The notes: generated from the letters alone by a model not told the origin. Positions 23,711 through 42,147 are shown, counted from the stretch's first letter. The stretch is 64,000 bases of DNA from the human T2T-CHM13v2.0 reference genome, Homo sapiens (GCF_009914755.1 NC_060937.1); one strand, 5' to 3'. Made by a program: numbers and translations.

Positions 23711-26700
23711 TAAGCATGAGGTTCGTTAGTTCAGCTTTAATTATTTGAGGCCTTTAATTATGACCTGATATTGGGCAGAGCCTGGGGAATATTATTGTTA
23801 CAAGTAAACATCCCTGAGGACGGTCAGATACAGGGGAGGGTAATCCTGGGCGAAGTCTGGGTTTTTTGCAAACCAAATAAGTGGTGATTCAAAACATCTA
23901 TGAATATTGGCCAAAGAAGCTCGAACCCTTTATGGTACAGGAGAATATTAAAATGAAAATAATCAATTTGAAAGATACTTCAGCCAGTTTTAGCTCCTGC
24001 AAATGTGTCGAATACAGACAATTCACTGTGACTTTCAATCTGTCTTCTATAAGTAGCTTCTTTAATTTCCATGAGCTGTTGTTCATTAGAGGAGGAGATT
24101 ATTGACATTTAGAGTTTTCTCAAGGATCAGATTTTTGTTTGACTACTTAGATGCTCTCTCTTCTGAGTAAAATGTATATTGGTAAACCTTTGTGAGTTGA
24201 GAAATTTATATAGCCCTTTTGGTAAGAAATTGCACATGTGGGTGTACGTTTGTTCTGTTTTCTCCAGTGGGTGTGAGGTCATAGCAAGTGACCAAAGGCC
24301 ACTGGAATGGCTCATCCATAGGGTCAAAGGACTGAGGTCTATGCAGGAAGTATTCTTTCTGGGATGTGGAAAGGAACCTATTACCTATTGGCTGTCTGTA
24401 ACCTATCTTGATCTTCTCAAATCTTGTTGTTATTATCAGTGACACAAGCAGATATTTATATAGAACACCACACATTTTGCAGGTAAAATTGGAACTCCCC
24501 TTTTTATGCCTCAGAAAGTGCGTGCTGATAAATCACTAACTTACTTTATTCTTTAATTATAAAGAATATGCCTGAAACATACAGTGCTTCAGCCCTAGAT
24601 ACAGAAGTCAGACAATGATATATTCATGACAGATTTAAGGGGTGAAGCTGAGGAGTGAAACCACCAAGATGATGACCAGTAGCTTCTGGGGCACAACACC
24701 CATGGGGCCAGGAAGAGCAGTATGGAGAGCTGACAGGCTAAATGCTAAAGACGGGGTAGTGTTGTGTCCCACAAGGCTCTGGAGTTACCTGGGTCACGAC
24801 TCCACTGCTGCTGCTTATGAACTCTTACGCTTATTGCAAAGCATTTCAATTCTGCAAGCCTTAGTTCCCTGATTTGCAACATTGGGATAGTATTAGGACT
24901 TTTGTGTTATTATTAAATAGTATATCCAAAGTGCTTATCTACCACATAGAATGATTTATATAATAACAATAGCAAATAGTTACTTTGATTAATTTTTAGG
25001 GAAGTCTTTATGTTAATCTTCTAAGAAGTAAAGAGAAATGTCAATCATCCTTATATAAGTATCTCAGGATAAGGAATAAGGAGAAAGAAATTGTGTGAGG
25101 GAAGTCATTCTGGATAAGATCAATATGTTGATGTGTATTACATGATCTATAAGGAATAGAATATCAGAATATTTTGGTGGAATTTTGAGTCAGAACAAGA
25201 ACCTGTTCACTTCTTACAGACAATTACTATCCTGGAGAAAAATTATGGTGATAAAGATAAATAACATGTAGGCGGTGACCAAGAAGCACCTAGGGATGTG
25301 CCAAATTATTCCACTGTTTCAAATAAAAAATGGTAGATGTAATAGATGACCCCTGGTAAAAGCAGATGATCTGAAAATGCATTATGAAAGAATAAGGTTT
25401 CCCCAAAGGTGCTAAGAATTAATGCTCTTGAATATTTTCTTTTCTTGATGCAACCATATTTGTAAATGTAAATAGTTTCTTATTTTGTAAAAACTGAGCA
25501 AAAAATGTGTTTACCAACAAACATTTGCATGAGGTGAGGCTAGGGTTTTCACTGCACGGCAGGATACAGCATCTGCTCTGAAGAAACATGTAGGGAACGT
25601 AAGTCATTTCACACCCAACAGGACATTGCTGTGGAGCTATACTTATCTGATAAAGCCATAAACATAACCAGATGAGGAATGCCATTTTCATGCATGGAAA
25701 CACAATCTAACTTCATACTAATTCACAGTTTGCATGTCATCTGTTTTCTGATTTGGAGTTTTGTCCAAAAGCAATACAATTTTGATATGACCATATTTTA
25801 AAGGCATGAGAACATCCATCTGGGACAGTTTTTATGATTTTCATCCTGCAACATGGAATAGAATGTCTGATAATAGAAGACACTATATTGATATGTGGTC
25901 ATTTTGCTGTAAAAGACCATCTGCCTACCTCTGTACAACATGGTTGAAGAAGCATAAAGTGAAGACTCAAATCCCTTTACACTCTTGAAGACCAGATGCC
26001 TTTATGACATGACTGATGGGTGGGGTAAATTCATCCCAGTTCCCATCCGGTGGGTAGACACTAGGTAATAGGCAAAAGAGCCAGCTGCCAAGAATCCAAA
26101 GCACCATTGCATTTTAGAATTTCTGCGTAGCATTTTATTCAAATTCAGCAGGAAGCTGAAACTTTTTAGACTAATGATTTTATGAAGAACCTTAGAGAAA
26201 TGTGACTGTCAGACAAAATGTAGCTGTTTGGTATGTTACACTAACTATGGCTAACTCTTTAAAAATGCTATATTGAATTTTGGAATAAGTTCAATGCTTC
26301 TTTTCTTGGAAAAGCATGGACTTGGTGTTAAATGTAATGCAGTGGACCAAGAGTTCAAGAGTGAACCACTTTAATCCTGCTTCCAGAGATGGTGTGCTCT
26401 GTAACCTTGGGCAATATATTTAACCCGCATAGGGAAAAGGAAAAGTGTTCTAAAGCAGTTCCCTCCAAGACAGAATAATTTTACAATGCTTGACAGGGCA
26501 TTGGGTGCAATGAAAATTAAAAATAACAATGACTGTTCTTCAAAGACATTGCTGAAGTGTTTTAATATCCTGTCCAATTAGAGAAAATATGAGAAATGAG
26601 CCTCTCTGATTCTCACGTTTGGCTGGAAATCTTGGCTGGCTATGGGGACAATCTGTTACTGCTGGCTGTTGCTCTGGGGGTGGGTTAATGCCAGCCATTC

Positions 26701-27654
26701 AGATGCTCACTAAAATCTGTATTCTTGTGGAATGGTGATTTTCTGCTTCCAGTGATCAGCTTGTGACTCTTTGTAGCACAAGCAAAAAAGCCTCATTTTC
26801 AACCCTTCGGCCTTCTTGGAGTTTTGGGCCTGCAGCTCAGACTCCCTGTACTTCTTGAAGCTCATTAGTCAGTTCACAGCCATCTGTCTTTGTACCATTA
26901 ACCCACCGATTGGACACTCCACAGTTGTTTTCTGTGTCTGTTCTGGTAAATTATGTGCCACAGCTGTTATGCACTCTGAGGTACATGCTGTTCTAATGAC
27001 AGCTCCTTCAGAAAAGATCTGGATGGAGAATACCTCTGTGTGAATCTGAAGCTGTGGAAGTTTGGTCCTTGGCTGGGAGGGGCATGGAGGGAGGGTTTGA
27101 ATAAGGGCAATCCTTGATTTTGCTATAGGATGACTGTGACGATGGAAAAGTATCATTCTTCAGTGACCAGTGGATCAGATGAGAATACAGGGAAGCATAA
27201 GAGAAAATCAAATGGAGGCTAGAGCAATTTTCTGGCCTTGGAAGAAAAATAATTGCACAAAGGAGAGTGGTAACTTGCGAATAGTTAGCAGTAAGAGTGT
27301 GAGTTTCCTCTCTTCCTTTTCTCTAACTTAATCTGTCCAGTCCACATTATGGGTGAGCTCCCTAAATGCTATGCATGCTGCTTGGATAGGATAAAAAGAA
27401 ATTGATAAAACCTGCCTGTAGTTCCCTGGACGGCTTGATATGACTGGGGATGCAGAGCTAGCAACCTTCCTAAGGAGAGAAGGCAGCCTACTGGGGGCAG
27501 GGCTCTATTGGATTTTTCTGTTCATTCTCCAGACACTGTGGAAGACTTTTAGGAAGTGCTGGGGGATGAGAGTACCTGAAGGTAGTGCTTGCTGCCTCAA
27601 GAGAGAGAAAGTGACAGTGGCTGGATGTGAAGTAGTGAAGAGACGTATACTCTC

Positions 27655-27970
27655 TCCTACTTATTTATGTATTCAATTTTTAATAAATATGCATTTATGG
27701 ATATGTATTTTATTCTGTGGGTCTTAGTACAACGTTATTTTGCTGCTCCAATTTCTCTATTTTGACTATTAGGAGCCCCTTGAGATTGCTCCCTGTGTCT
27801 AGAATCGACTGTATTTTCTCTGCGTCAGTCCTGGGATCAACCACTTCTCTAAAAGGTCCTGATTTCCTTTATTAGAGAATGGAGTTTGGAAACCAAGATC
27901 TGAGGGCCAGGTACATTTGTTGCTGTTAAGATATTATTGCTTCTTTGTCCTTTCAGTGGGCGAAACTAGG

Positions 27971-28026
<56 letters not shown>

Positions 28027-28330
28027 ACTAAGTCATACATACACATGCATCTGTATTTAGTTCTGTATCTGTCTGTGCATGTATTGAAATTCATGTTTAT
28101 ACCATTACCTCTCATTGCAATCCAACAAAATTGAGTCCTTTTTCCTTTTCTTTGTAACTTCCTTCACTGTAAGAAATTTGACTAGCAGTGCTGATAATAT
28201 ACTTACTGATTTATTCAAACCTAGTATACATATAAAGTAGTTTCAGTTGCTGATTTATGCCTCTGTGAGAAACACATTTACTAACTAGATTACAGTATTT
28301 GTATATAGGATTTTTGTCTTTTGGATCTAA
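27655..28330 (-). mobile_element. L1MC-class 3' UTR fragment with (TA)n at about 27974-28022
   Basis: cctgggatcaaccacttctctaaaaggtcctgatttcctttattagagaatggagtttggaaaccaagatctg. Confidence 0.7.
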
Positions 28331-28997
28331 ACTTATTTTGATAATACATTTATTTCCTCTCAAATTTAGTTTTCAAGGTGACCTTCTCCAGTATCAGCTA
28401 TAGTGAGATAATTATCGCATAAATTGACTTTTGGTGGCACAGGTTATCACTGGAACACAGCAATGTGCACACTGGCTACAGATAACAAAGATATCTGTAA
28501 TATGAAGGAAAAAGGTTTCACCTATGTTTGCTTATTCTTAATTGGAAGTATATACTTTGTTATAACTTTGTGCTTTTTTGTCCAGTATCAGCTCAAAAAT
28601 CAATATTTCTTTGAAGTCTCAGAGCAACATACTAAATTTTTACAGGAAGCCCATACTATCAACACACATTTTAGATTTCAGTTATAAGATTAGTATATCA
28701 AAATGACCCCAAAATTCACTGCAACTACCCTTTTGAATGGAACTCATCTCCTTGGGAGTGTTTCATAATAATTGATATTAATCTATACTATATCTCTGCA
28801 TCTATATTATGTGGTATCTTCCTATGAGTTATTTTTACAATTTATAAGCCCTAAGACGGGTTTTTTCCTAAGTGGCATTTTTTTTCAAATCCAAATAATA
28901 TACAGGCAATTCTTGAAAATCTGCTGAAAATTATAAGAACACAATGACATTTATACCTATTAAGAAGGCAAAGATTAGGTAATAAGAATGAATAAAA

Positions 28998-29575
28998 GCA
29001 ATTCATTTATTCAATATGTATTGAGTCCCTACTCTATGCTAGGTGCTGAGAAAAAAGTTGTAATTAAAATAAACAAAAAAACTGTCTTCATGGAATTCAT
29101 ATTCCAGTGGGAGAAAGATGGGTAATAAGTAAGTATATAGTGTAGTATTATTGGAAGGCAGTAAGTGATACAGAGCAAAGAAAGCAGGGAAGGTGGACAG
29201 GGAAATTTAGGGCCTGGGTTGAGTTATAAACTTAATTAGGGTGGTCAGGGAAGTTACTGAAACAGTGACACTTGGGCATTTGAAAGATGGGAGGGAAGAA
29301 GCCATGGGGAATCTGGGCAATCATAAAGATCTCAAGGTAGGAATGTGTCTCAAGGAACATCACAGAGGTCAGAGTGGCTGGAGTGGAATGAATTATAGGG
29401 AGTATTAAGAGATGAAGTGGGAAAGGCAGTGAGGTGAGGTGCAGGGGCAAACAATGAGAAGCAGGATGACGGGAATGTCTTGAAGCCATTGCACAGCCAT
29501 AGCTTTTACTTTATTTGCAAAGGCAAGCCACTGGAGGGTTTTGATCAGATGCTAGATGTGATCAAGATCTTGTTA
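28998..29575 (-). mobile_element. L2 3' end
   Basis: attcatttattcaatatgtattgagtccctactctatgctaggtgctg...ggcaagccactggagggttttgatcag. Confidence 0.8.
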
Positions 29576-29954
29576 TTGCCAAATAACTACAACTGTCCCA
29601 CAAACTCGATTGCATGCATCTCACTGATTATGATCTCTTATTTTCCCAATTTACTTCATCGAGAACCCCAACTTCAATGATCCTTTGATCCTGCCAGGAC
29701 CTCCAGTTCATTGATCTCAATCTTTCCTTGTTCCTTATCCCCTGATACCCTCTCCCTACTTGTTAGTTTGGTGAAATCCTATGGTCAGTCATTATAATCA
29801 CTTAGTTGACTACAGCTGAAAGTCTCTTGCCCTTCTTTTTTACTTTCCTCTGTGGTTGCTTGGCAAAATCACAACCTTGATTCAGTTCAACTTTTTGCAT
29901 TCCACACCTGCACTCGTGCAACTAAATGTAGCTGGAGGGAAAAACGCATCTTCC

Positions 29955-30112
29955 TGGACTGGTCTGACTTTAAATTAGTAAGAATGAATCTCGAATGCAC
30001 TCAATGTCACCAGGCATTTGTAAGAGGGTTTATTGGGCTAGTCTGATTTTAAATCAGTGATAATGAACCTCAAATGCACTCAGTGTTACCAGGCATTTGT
30101 AAGAGGCTTTAC
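29955..30112. repeat. Old tandem duplication of a 79-bp unit (12 mismatches)
   Basis: Copies at 29955-30033 and 30034-30112 share aatgcactca...accaggcatttgtaagagg. Confidence 0.9.
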
Positions 30113-30584
30113 ACTCCCAGGAGTTATCATTCACCCTCCTTCTCTCCTAGATGATTTACTGTCTTCTTGTTTTGCCTTAAACTTGAAACACATTTCCCCT
30201 ATCTTTCCCTCCTTGCTTTCTACTTTACTAAAATGATTCGAAAATCAGAAGAGACCCTCCATAGACTTTTGCATCCAACTATACACCACCAGTATCTGCC
30301 ACATCTTGCATTCTTGCCTGTAACCAGAGGTAAACTGTAATGCTCCAATCTAAATCCAAAGCCAATCTGTCTACATTATTGACTGGATCCCATTTTTCAT
30401 CACTCCTTCCATCCCACAAAAATCAATCTTTTTACTCACACAACTGGGTCATACTCATTAATATGCTGGTGTTTCTTTCATTAAAAAATTTTATAAAACC
30501 ACCTTCCTTCAACTTCTCTTCCCTCCCCAGTCCATTAGTTCTCTGCTTTGCAGCACAATTCTATAAAAACTTTGTCTCTGTTCC

Positions 30585-30981
<397 letters not shown>

Positions 30982-31549
30982 TCACTCTATTAAAGTTGCT
31001 CTTGTCGAGGCCTTAAGGTCATATTATTTAATTCACTGCTGAATTCTCAGCTTCGTATTACTTGGCCTTTCAGCAGGATTTGTTAACAGTTGATCATTTA
31101 CTCCTCTTCACTTGACTTCCAGGACACCGTACTCACCTGGTTGTTTTCTTATCTTTTTGATGGCTCTTCCTCAGGCTCCTTTGCTGATTCCTTCTCTTTC
31201 CCTCCACCCTAATAATAAAGACCCCTGAGACTTAGTTCATGATTCTCTTCTTTATTAATAATTACTTTCTTGATCTCAGCCATTTCATGGCCTTAAGTAC
31301 TCTCTATATGTCAACGACTCCCAAATGTACATTTTGAACACATACCTTTCTCTCACATCTCATCTTCATCCATTAGAACATTATTTTGGCTCTACTTTGA
31401 GAATATATTCAGCATATTCATTGCTAACTACTAATCACCACCCCTAGTACCATCGCCTTGATCTGTAGCCATCATCATCTCCCACCTGAATTATTACCAT
31501 AGCCTCAGAGTTGGTCTTTTTGATTCAATTTCCCTACACATTCTGTCAG

Positions 31550-31765
31550 CTCAGTGGACAGCAGATGAAATGAGAATAGACTCTAAGAGGTGGACAGGTG
31601 GAAGCAGAGAAATCTGAAGAGAGGTCAGATAAAGGTGTTGAGTGAGAATCAGATTCTGGAAACATTTTGATATTTTGAAGGCAGTTCAATAGGATTTGTG
31701 GATGAGAGAAGTCAAGAGTGCCTTTGAGGTTTTTGGCCTGAGCAATTGAAAGCATGGAGTGTGGT
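31550..31765 (-). mobile_element. L2 fragment
   Basis: gagaatagactctaagagg...cagattctggaaacattttg...gaggtttttggcctgagcaattgaaagcatggag. Confidence 0.75.
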
Positions 31766-32384
31766 GAAAGAGGTGGGATCCCACACTGCTAATGAATATT
31801 TAAATTTTATAATTTTTGAAAAGCATCATGAAAATCTGTATCATGAGCCTTTAAATATTCATACTTTTTTAACCACTGGTCCTATTTAGATGGTTTTCAA
31901 AAAACGGAAAAGACTTCGTTTACAAATATGGTCATTATAATGTTTACAATAGTACAATAATAGCTTGAAAAATATGTACAATATAATAAGTAAAAACAAA
32001 GTAACGGTATCTTCATTATGATTAGAAAAATGCAAAATGTTTACAATTTTACAGGTGAATAAGTCAATCAGAATTTGCAAAAATAAAACCAATTAATTAT
32101 GCAAAACCAATGAAAAAGCTATTTTTGAATAAAAATACTCATGTTTTGAAAGATTTTTATATTTATAAGGAAATTGTTTGAAGTATAATTGTGTCACCTT
32201 TATTGTAGACAATAGATGTATCCCTTAGTGACATGTTTCTTATAAGACATCTTTACCTTTGTCAAGTGGTGAAAAGTTTAACGATCTTATGTAGATTTAC
32301 AAAGATTTTTAATGGCATTTTATAAATAAGCTCCTGCAGACTTCTACTTAAGAGTTCTGTTTCACCTCAACACACTCATACATG

Positions 32385-32615
32385 AATGTAAAATCAAGGG
32401 ATTAGACTTCAAAGCCCTGCTCTGTCACTTATTCCTTGTGTAGTTTTGGTTGAGGCAGGTAACTTAAGTCTCTGTTTTTTCCATTTGCAAAATGCAGATA
32501 TTGATCTCACTTCTTTCTACTTGACAAGGTGGTTGTGAATATCAAATACAATAATATATCTGAAAATGCTTTGAAAGCTATACATCCCTACAGAAATGTG
32601 AGGGATTATGTTAAT
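32385..32615 (+). mobile_element. MIR SINE
   Basis: ctgctctgtcacttattccttgtg...aagtctctgttttttccatttgcaaaatg...ggttgtgaatatcaaat. Confidence 0.7.
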
Positions 32616-33615
32616 TTAGTTTGACATTATTTCTGCTTCAGCTTGAGGATTATATCCTTAAGTCTTTGTCATCATCTTCTGATTCCAAAAGTGATGCTTC
32701 CCTTTAAATACCAGTCAGTTATCTTTAAAGAACTAAGCAATAGTAGAAAACTATCTTTTAAAAATAAGTGTGAAATTAAAAGATGTTAATAAATCATATG
32801 CTTGTCTCATAAAGATTACTAAAATATCATAATATGGGGCATAATCTTCTTATATCCTTTCAAAGCACATTTTTAACTTGAAAAGATAAATTTAGTGAAA
32901 GTGTTAAATGAAAGTTTAAGAGCTTCAAAGAAGGACATAGCAAGACATTCAGAGTCACCTTGCCTATTTTTTGAATAGGTCTTTCTGAGCAGGTGAAATA
33001 TGAAATTTATTAATAAAAGATGAAATAATCCATCTGGCCAGCAGTATATAAGAAAGTGTCCCATACATATAATGTCAGAGTCCAGGATAGAATCTTCTCA
33101 TTAAGCCCCAGTACTTTTGTGAGGAGAAAGATTCATGAAAACAGTAATCCAGGTAGGATGGAAAAAATGAGTAAAATATCAGTTTTAAAATTAAAATAGT
33201 GGGGATTGTGACTCTCCTAAGAAGTAGATTTATGCAGCACATGTTCAACAATCACAAACAATAGCCAGATGAAAGGGTTTATTGGTCTGCAGGAAATCTT
33301 TGCATTCTCTCCAAAGCTGCATTTATGTTATGGGTGATAAAATTCATCAGGATAAAAATAGAATGCATTGTAAATTGAGAGAAGCCAATTACTATTTTTG
33401 AAAGGACAACACAAATTTGCCCAAAATTTATAGCTACTGCTGCAAAAGCTATACAATAAAAGCAATGTGATTATACAGTGGTTTAGCTAAAAACAAATCA
33501 TCTGATGCCAGAGTAAACGGGCAGGAATAAACTGCAAATGGGAATTGGATTTGGCCCAGAGCCAAACTGTTCTGTGAAAAAAGGGGAGGAAGGCATGCTT
33601 TAAGAAGTTTTTCTC

Positions 33616-33876
33616 TGTTTGTTTAAAGTCTGTTTTATCAGAGACTAGGATTACAACCCCTGCCTTTTTTTGTTTTCCATTTGCTTGGTAGATCTTCCTC
33701 CATCCTTTTATTTTGAGCCTATGTGTGTCTCTGCACGTGAGATGGGTTTCCTGAATACAGCACACTGGTGGGTCTTGACACTTTATCCAATTTGCCAGTC
33801 TGTGTCTTTTAATTGGAGCATTTAGTCCATTTACATTTAAAGTTAATCTTGTTATGTGTGAATTTGATCCTGTCAT
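33616..33876 (-). pseudogene. L1 ORF2 endonuclease N-terminus (codons 1-87), inverted
   Basis: MTGSNSHITRLTLNVNGLNAPIKRHRLANW...ILVSDKTDFKQT, preceded by the 63-nt inter-ORF spacer at 33877-33939. Confidence 0.95.
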
Positions 33877-33939
33877 TATGATGTTAGCTGGTTATTTTGC
33901 TCATTAGTTGATGCAGTTTCTTCCTAGTCTCGATGGTCT

Positions 33940-37600
<3,661 letters not shown>

Positions 37601-38099
37601 AACAATGAGAACACATGGACACAGGAAGGGAAACATCACACTCTGGGGACTGTTGTGGGGTGGGTGGAGGGGGGAGGGATAGCATTAGGAGATATACCTA
37701 ATGCTAAATGACGAGTTAATGGGTGCAGCACACCAGCATGGCACATGTATACATATGTAACTAACCTGCATATTGTGCACATGTACCCTAAAACTTAAAG
37801 TATAATAATAATAATAAAAAAGAAGTTTTTCTCCATTCCAGACTGCAGCTCTTATTCCTTCCTTAATTATGTGCATCTAAGTTTCTCTGCAGTGGTTTCT
37901 GAGCAAACGAAATATATCTGCCAAGAAAGTAGGTGACTTGACTTCTTTGAATCTTACATATAAAATGAAAAAGTAGAAGATATCAGAAATCCTTTCCAAC
38001 TCTTAAAAAATTTTTGTTTACTTCTAGCACTCTTGTCATCTAGCTTTATATACCAACTTTAGAAGGTCTGACTTCTAGTATTTTTATTAGAGGCTGTTA

Positions 38100-39740
38100 A
38101 GTTGATAGTTCTGTAGGATTATTTATTGCCTTTTAATATTTTAACTTTCTTCTTTATTATCTCTTGTGTTGGATCATTTATGCCCGTTAGCCTACATCTT
38201 CTTTTCCTTGGCCTAATCCCTCATTTTGCTAGGAAATATTCCTCAATAGGGCCCTGGTGGAAAAAAAAAATGGGTGGAGGAAAACATTGAGTTCCGCATA
38301 TCTGACAATGACTGTATTCACCCCTCATTCTGAATTGATTGATTAATTTCAGAAGTCTAGGCTGAAATGCATTTGTCTCAGAATTTTGAAAGCATTTCTT
38401 TGCAGTCTTTTCACTGTCCTATTGTCATCTGCTTCTTGTTTGCAAGCATTGTTTTTTTCCTCTCTCAAAGCTTTCAAGATCTCTTTATCCCCAGAGTGCT
38501 ACAGGGTGCTTTTTAAAGGTTTATTTATTTAGTTTTTTTTATTGTACCTGTTCAATCTGGTCATTCATTCTCTTCAGTTCTTAGAAACTTATTATGTACC
38601 TTACAACTTTCTCCCCATGGTTCTCTCTGGTCTCTCTGGAACACCTGTAGATTACGTGATAGGTCTCCTAGTGATTCTTTAATTTTCCGATCTTCTGTCT
38701 TCCATTTCCCACCTCTGTTTCCTTGTTTTACTTTCTGGGATGTTCCCCTCAACTTTATTTTCTAAGTCTGCCATTGAATTCTTTATTTCTGCCATCTCTT
38801 TGTTCATATCCAAGAACTCTTTTTTGTTCTCTGAACGTTCTCTTTCAGAATCTCCTGTATTTTTTTTCACAAATGCACTGTATCTTTTCATTTCTCTAAA
38901 GACCTTAATTTAATTTTTATATGCTGAATATTTTCTTTGGATTTTTTTTCTTTTCTTTTGAGCTTCTCATAACTATTCATTTGTCATGGTCCTCCTCATT
39001 CATATTGGAGGCTTTCCTAAAGGGTTCAGGGAACCTTGGATATCTGTTCCTATTTAAGATAGAGGCATTCAAAACTGACTGGAAGCTGTTTGTATATTTG
39101 GTGGAATTTATTAAGGGTTGTTTTGTGACTGTGTGGAACCATTTATTCCCCTGAGGGATTCAAAATGGCCAGTTGGTGTGAGGACCCTCACTTGATCAGC
39201 TGGCGGTTTCCTCAGGAGGGGTCTCTCTAACTTCTGACGGGCATGGGGACAGAGTACACTGGGACAGACTTGTTGGCCAGCTGGCCCTCGGAGCTGAGTC
39301 AGGGGAAGGAGGCTGGGTGGCAGGAAGGGATCTCATTTTTAAAATCTGTTTGAAGAATGACATCCCTCTCTCAGCTGCACCTGGTATGTCCTGAGTCCCT
39401 GGGACTGACCCACAGTCCCTGCCTAAGTAAGAGAGGCAGCTGGACAGTGTCCGATGCTCTTTCTACAGATTTTCAATAAACTCTGTCTTCAATCTTTCTT
39501 CCATATCTGTCTTCAAAAGCATCTTTCATCTCTAATTCCTGAATTGTTTTAATGCTTAATGGCATGGATTTTCATGATAATTCTTCAGCTTTCTTAATTA
39601 AGGTGTTTTCCAAATCTTGTTGGCATCTCTTCACTTCTGTCATCTTCTTTTTGTGTGTTTATTTTTCTCTTTTCTGTCATTTTTGTAGAGTGCTTTTTGG
39701 GGCAACAGAGTAAATCTGTGTGTTTTTCCTTTTATGTCGA
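38100..39740 (-). mobile_element. Degraded old L1/HAL1 ORF1-like region
   Basis: ORF 38679-38891 (ENKKEFLDMNKEMAEIKNSMADLENKVE) resembles the L1 ORF1 coiled coil. Confidence 0.6.
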
Positions 39741-39789
39741 AGCATAAATCACACAAATTCTAGATGATGAAACAAGTAAATAAACAATC

Positions 39790-41250
39790 TACCTCCTAGA
39801 TCTCAGCAATTAGCTCAATAGAAGCAGATTTTTCTCTATGTAATTGCCTAAGTGGATGTCCCTGCTTTTTGTACATCTTTCCTCTATGTGAGAATCCAGG
39901 GACACAGGCACCTTCCACTTTATGGCTCATCTATCTCCTAGGGACTGCTGGTCTTTTGTATCAAGCTGGCTGAAGTAAAAGTAAACATTGGGAATCTATA
40001 TTGGCTTCTTCAAAACCTCAGCCTGCAATCACAGGCATTGTTTCTTTTCCCATCCATCAATAAAAACTGGTCACATGGCCACATAAAAGGGAAATGTTGG
40101 CTGCCACGGGACCACAATGTTTTGCCTGCCAGTTAAACATCTGCTTCAGAGCCTTCCCCTCTGGCTACCAAACGCTTATTGGTACCCTTTTTTCTACATA
40201 TAGCAGATTTACTCCCTTCTCCAGGAGGATCATCCCAATTCTCAATTTTCTTCCTTTATCTGTCTTAAAATTCAGTAGCTTTGACAATATCAATCACCTT
40301 CATCAGATCCAGAGGTGGCTCCCCAAGACCTGATGTTACCTTATCTCTTAACACCACACTATGCACTCACATATACCATGTACAGTGGCTGAGTGCAGGC
40401 ACCTACTTTAGAAAAGGGAGAACTGGTGAACACAGTAATTTCTGTAGCAATGGTGGGATCCTGTTGGGTAGGATTCAGCCAAAAGAGGAAGTTCCTGATT
40501 TAGGTACTCACCCTTAAGTTTGGGGGGAACTCTTGTTTATTCATCTCCATGACCACCAGCACCATCCTCTTGTCTATTATCTCCCATGGGCACTCTTGAA
40601 AATTGATATTGATGAGCATACTATACTTTGTATTTGCTCAAGGCACCAGCCAGTTTCCAGTCATTCAAGTTTCGTTGGGCAGTGGGGGTAATGGTGGTGG
40701 TGGGGAACTCCCAAAAGCTGTTTGAAAGCCCTAACAGTCTAAGGCTGTTTGATGATATGCTTGTGGTTTCTTTGACCAAGCATCTGCTTTTGTTTGTTTC
40801 TAAACAATTCCATTGCCAGGAATTCTCCCCACCTCCCAAAATACTTTCCTCAATATAATTCTGTAATACCCATTATTTCTTTGATTCTTAGTACTTAAGC
40901 CTTTTTCCCATTGTAATGGTGGCTATCTGGAACCTGTCTGCAATGATTACAATGTCTTGCAAGGATTACAAGACAACACCCTCAATTAACTGTTTTTCAT
41001 AAGGCTAAACTCTGTTCAACTGAAAAGTCTTAACAGGTTTTTGTTTTTCAAAGTCCTTTTAAATGTTATCTTCTGCCTACTGGAGGTTTGAAAGTACTCA
41101 GTACTCAGATTTTATAAACTTCCCTGCCCCTTGCCTCCCAAAACAGCTAATTCTTGTCTGAACTCATCTCTTTCTTCCAACGCCTTGCTAAATCCAGGGA
41201 TTGTCATCCAGCACAGTATCTGCTGTGTTGCTGCTTTTCAAACCTCTTTT
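39790..41250. mobile_element. Probable old MLT1-type LTR (to about 40110) followed by MaLR-internal-like sequence
   Basis: aatccagggacacaggcaccttccac...aaaactggtcacatggccaca resembles MLT1J/K. Similar LTR sequence resumes after the L1 at 41583. Confidence 0.4.
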
Positions 41251-41265
41251 GAAAGCAAATTCTGT

Positions 41266-41567
41266 TTTTTTTGTCCTTGCGATAGTTTACTGAGAATGAT
41301 GAAAAAACCAAACACCGCATGTTCTCACTCATAGATGGGAATTGAACAATGAGAACACATGGACACAGGAAGGGGAACAACACACTCTGGGGACTGTTGT
41401 GGGGTGGGGGAAGGGGGAGGGATAGCATTAGGAGATATACCTAATGCTAAATGATGAGTTAATGGGTGCAGCACACCAGCATGGCACATGTATACATATG
41501 TAACTAACCGGCACATTGTGCACATGTACCCTAAAACTTAAAGTATAATAATAATAATAATAAAAAA
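41266..41567 (+). mobile_element. Short L1PA3-like 3' fragment with a roughly 35-bp 5' inversion
   Basis: Antisense ttgtccttgcgatagtttactgagaatgatg, then sense 3' UTR with a (TAA)n-A tail. 15-bp TSD gaaagcaaattctgt at 41251-41265 and 41568-41582, target TT|GAAA. Confidence 0.97.
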
Positions 41568-41582
41568 GAAAGCAAATTCTGT

Positions 41583-41990
41583 GCTGGTTAAGCTATCTGC
41601 TGTGATAAATGGACCTCCAAATTTTAGTGGCTTAACACAGGTAGAAATTCATTTCTCGTTTATGAAAGTGTTCCTGGCTGGTGATGACTTTTCTCCATGA
41701 GGTGTTTAAGAATCCCTGGCTCCTTCCATTGGTTCAGCCCGTTCTCTGGAGTCAGCCAGCAGACATGGAAGAGCACGTGGAAAAAGCTTGTCTGCTTCAT
41801 AAATGTCTGTGAGAGAGCAATACACACATTTCCACTTCCCCTCTGTTGGTAAGAACCAGAGATGAGGCCCCATGTAGATAGATGTGAGTGCTCCTGATAA
41901 ATGACTTTGCACCTGCTTGTCTGTAGCAGCTCCATAATGTGGAAGGGCAGGGAAGATTTTTGGTAAGTGGCTGGCTGTCTCTACCACATT
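41583..41990. mobile_element. MLT1J/K-like LTR
   Basis: gctatctgctgtgataaat...ccaaattttagtggcttaacacag...aatccctggctccttccatt. Confidence 0.6.
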
Positions 41991-42147
41991 CATGGAGAAG
42001 AAGCAGAGAAAAATTGTCTGCCACATTGAGATATTTTTCTATCATTTGATTTCAGTTCTAGTATCAAAAAATTTCAGTTTCAGAATTCTTTCTATCTTCG
42101 AAAGGCTTCACACTTTACTGGCACCAAGAAAGATGTTTTCTTATCTA

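Noticed and set aside
37645-37680. G-quadruplex-forming G-runs (also 41389-41421)
   Set aside because: A standard, known feature of the L1PA 3' UTR.
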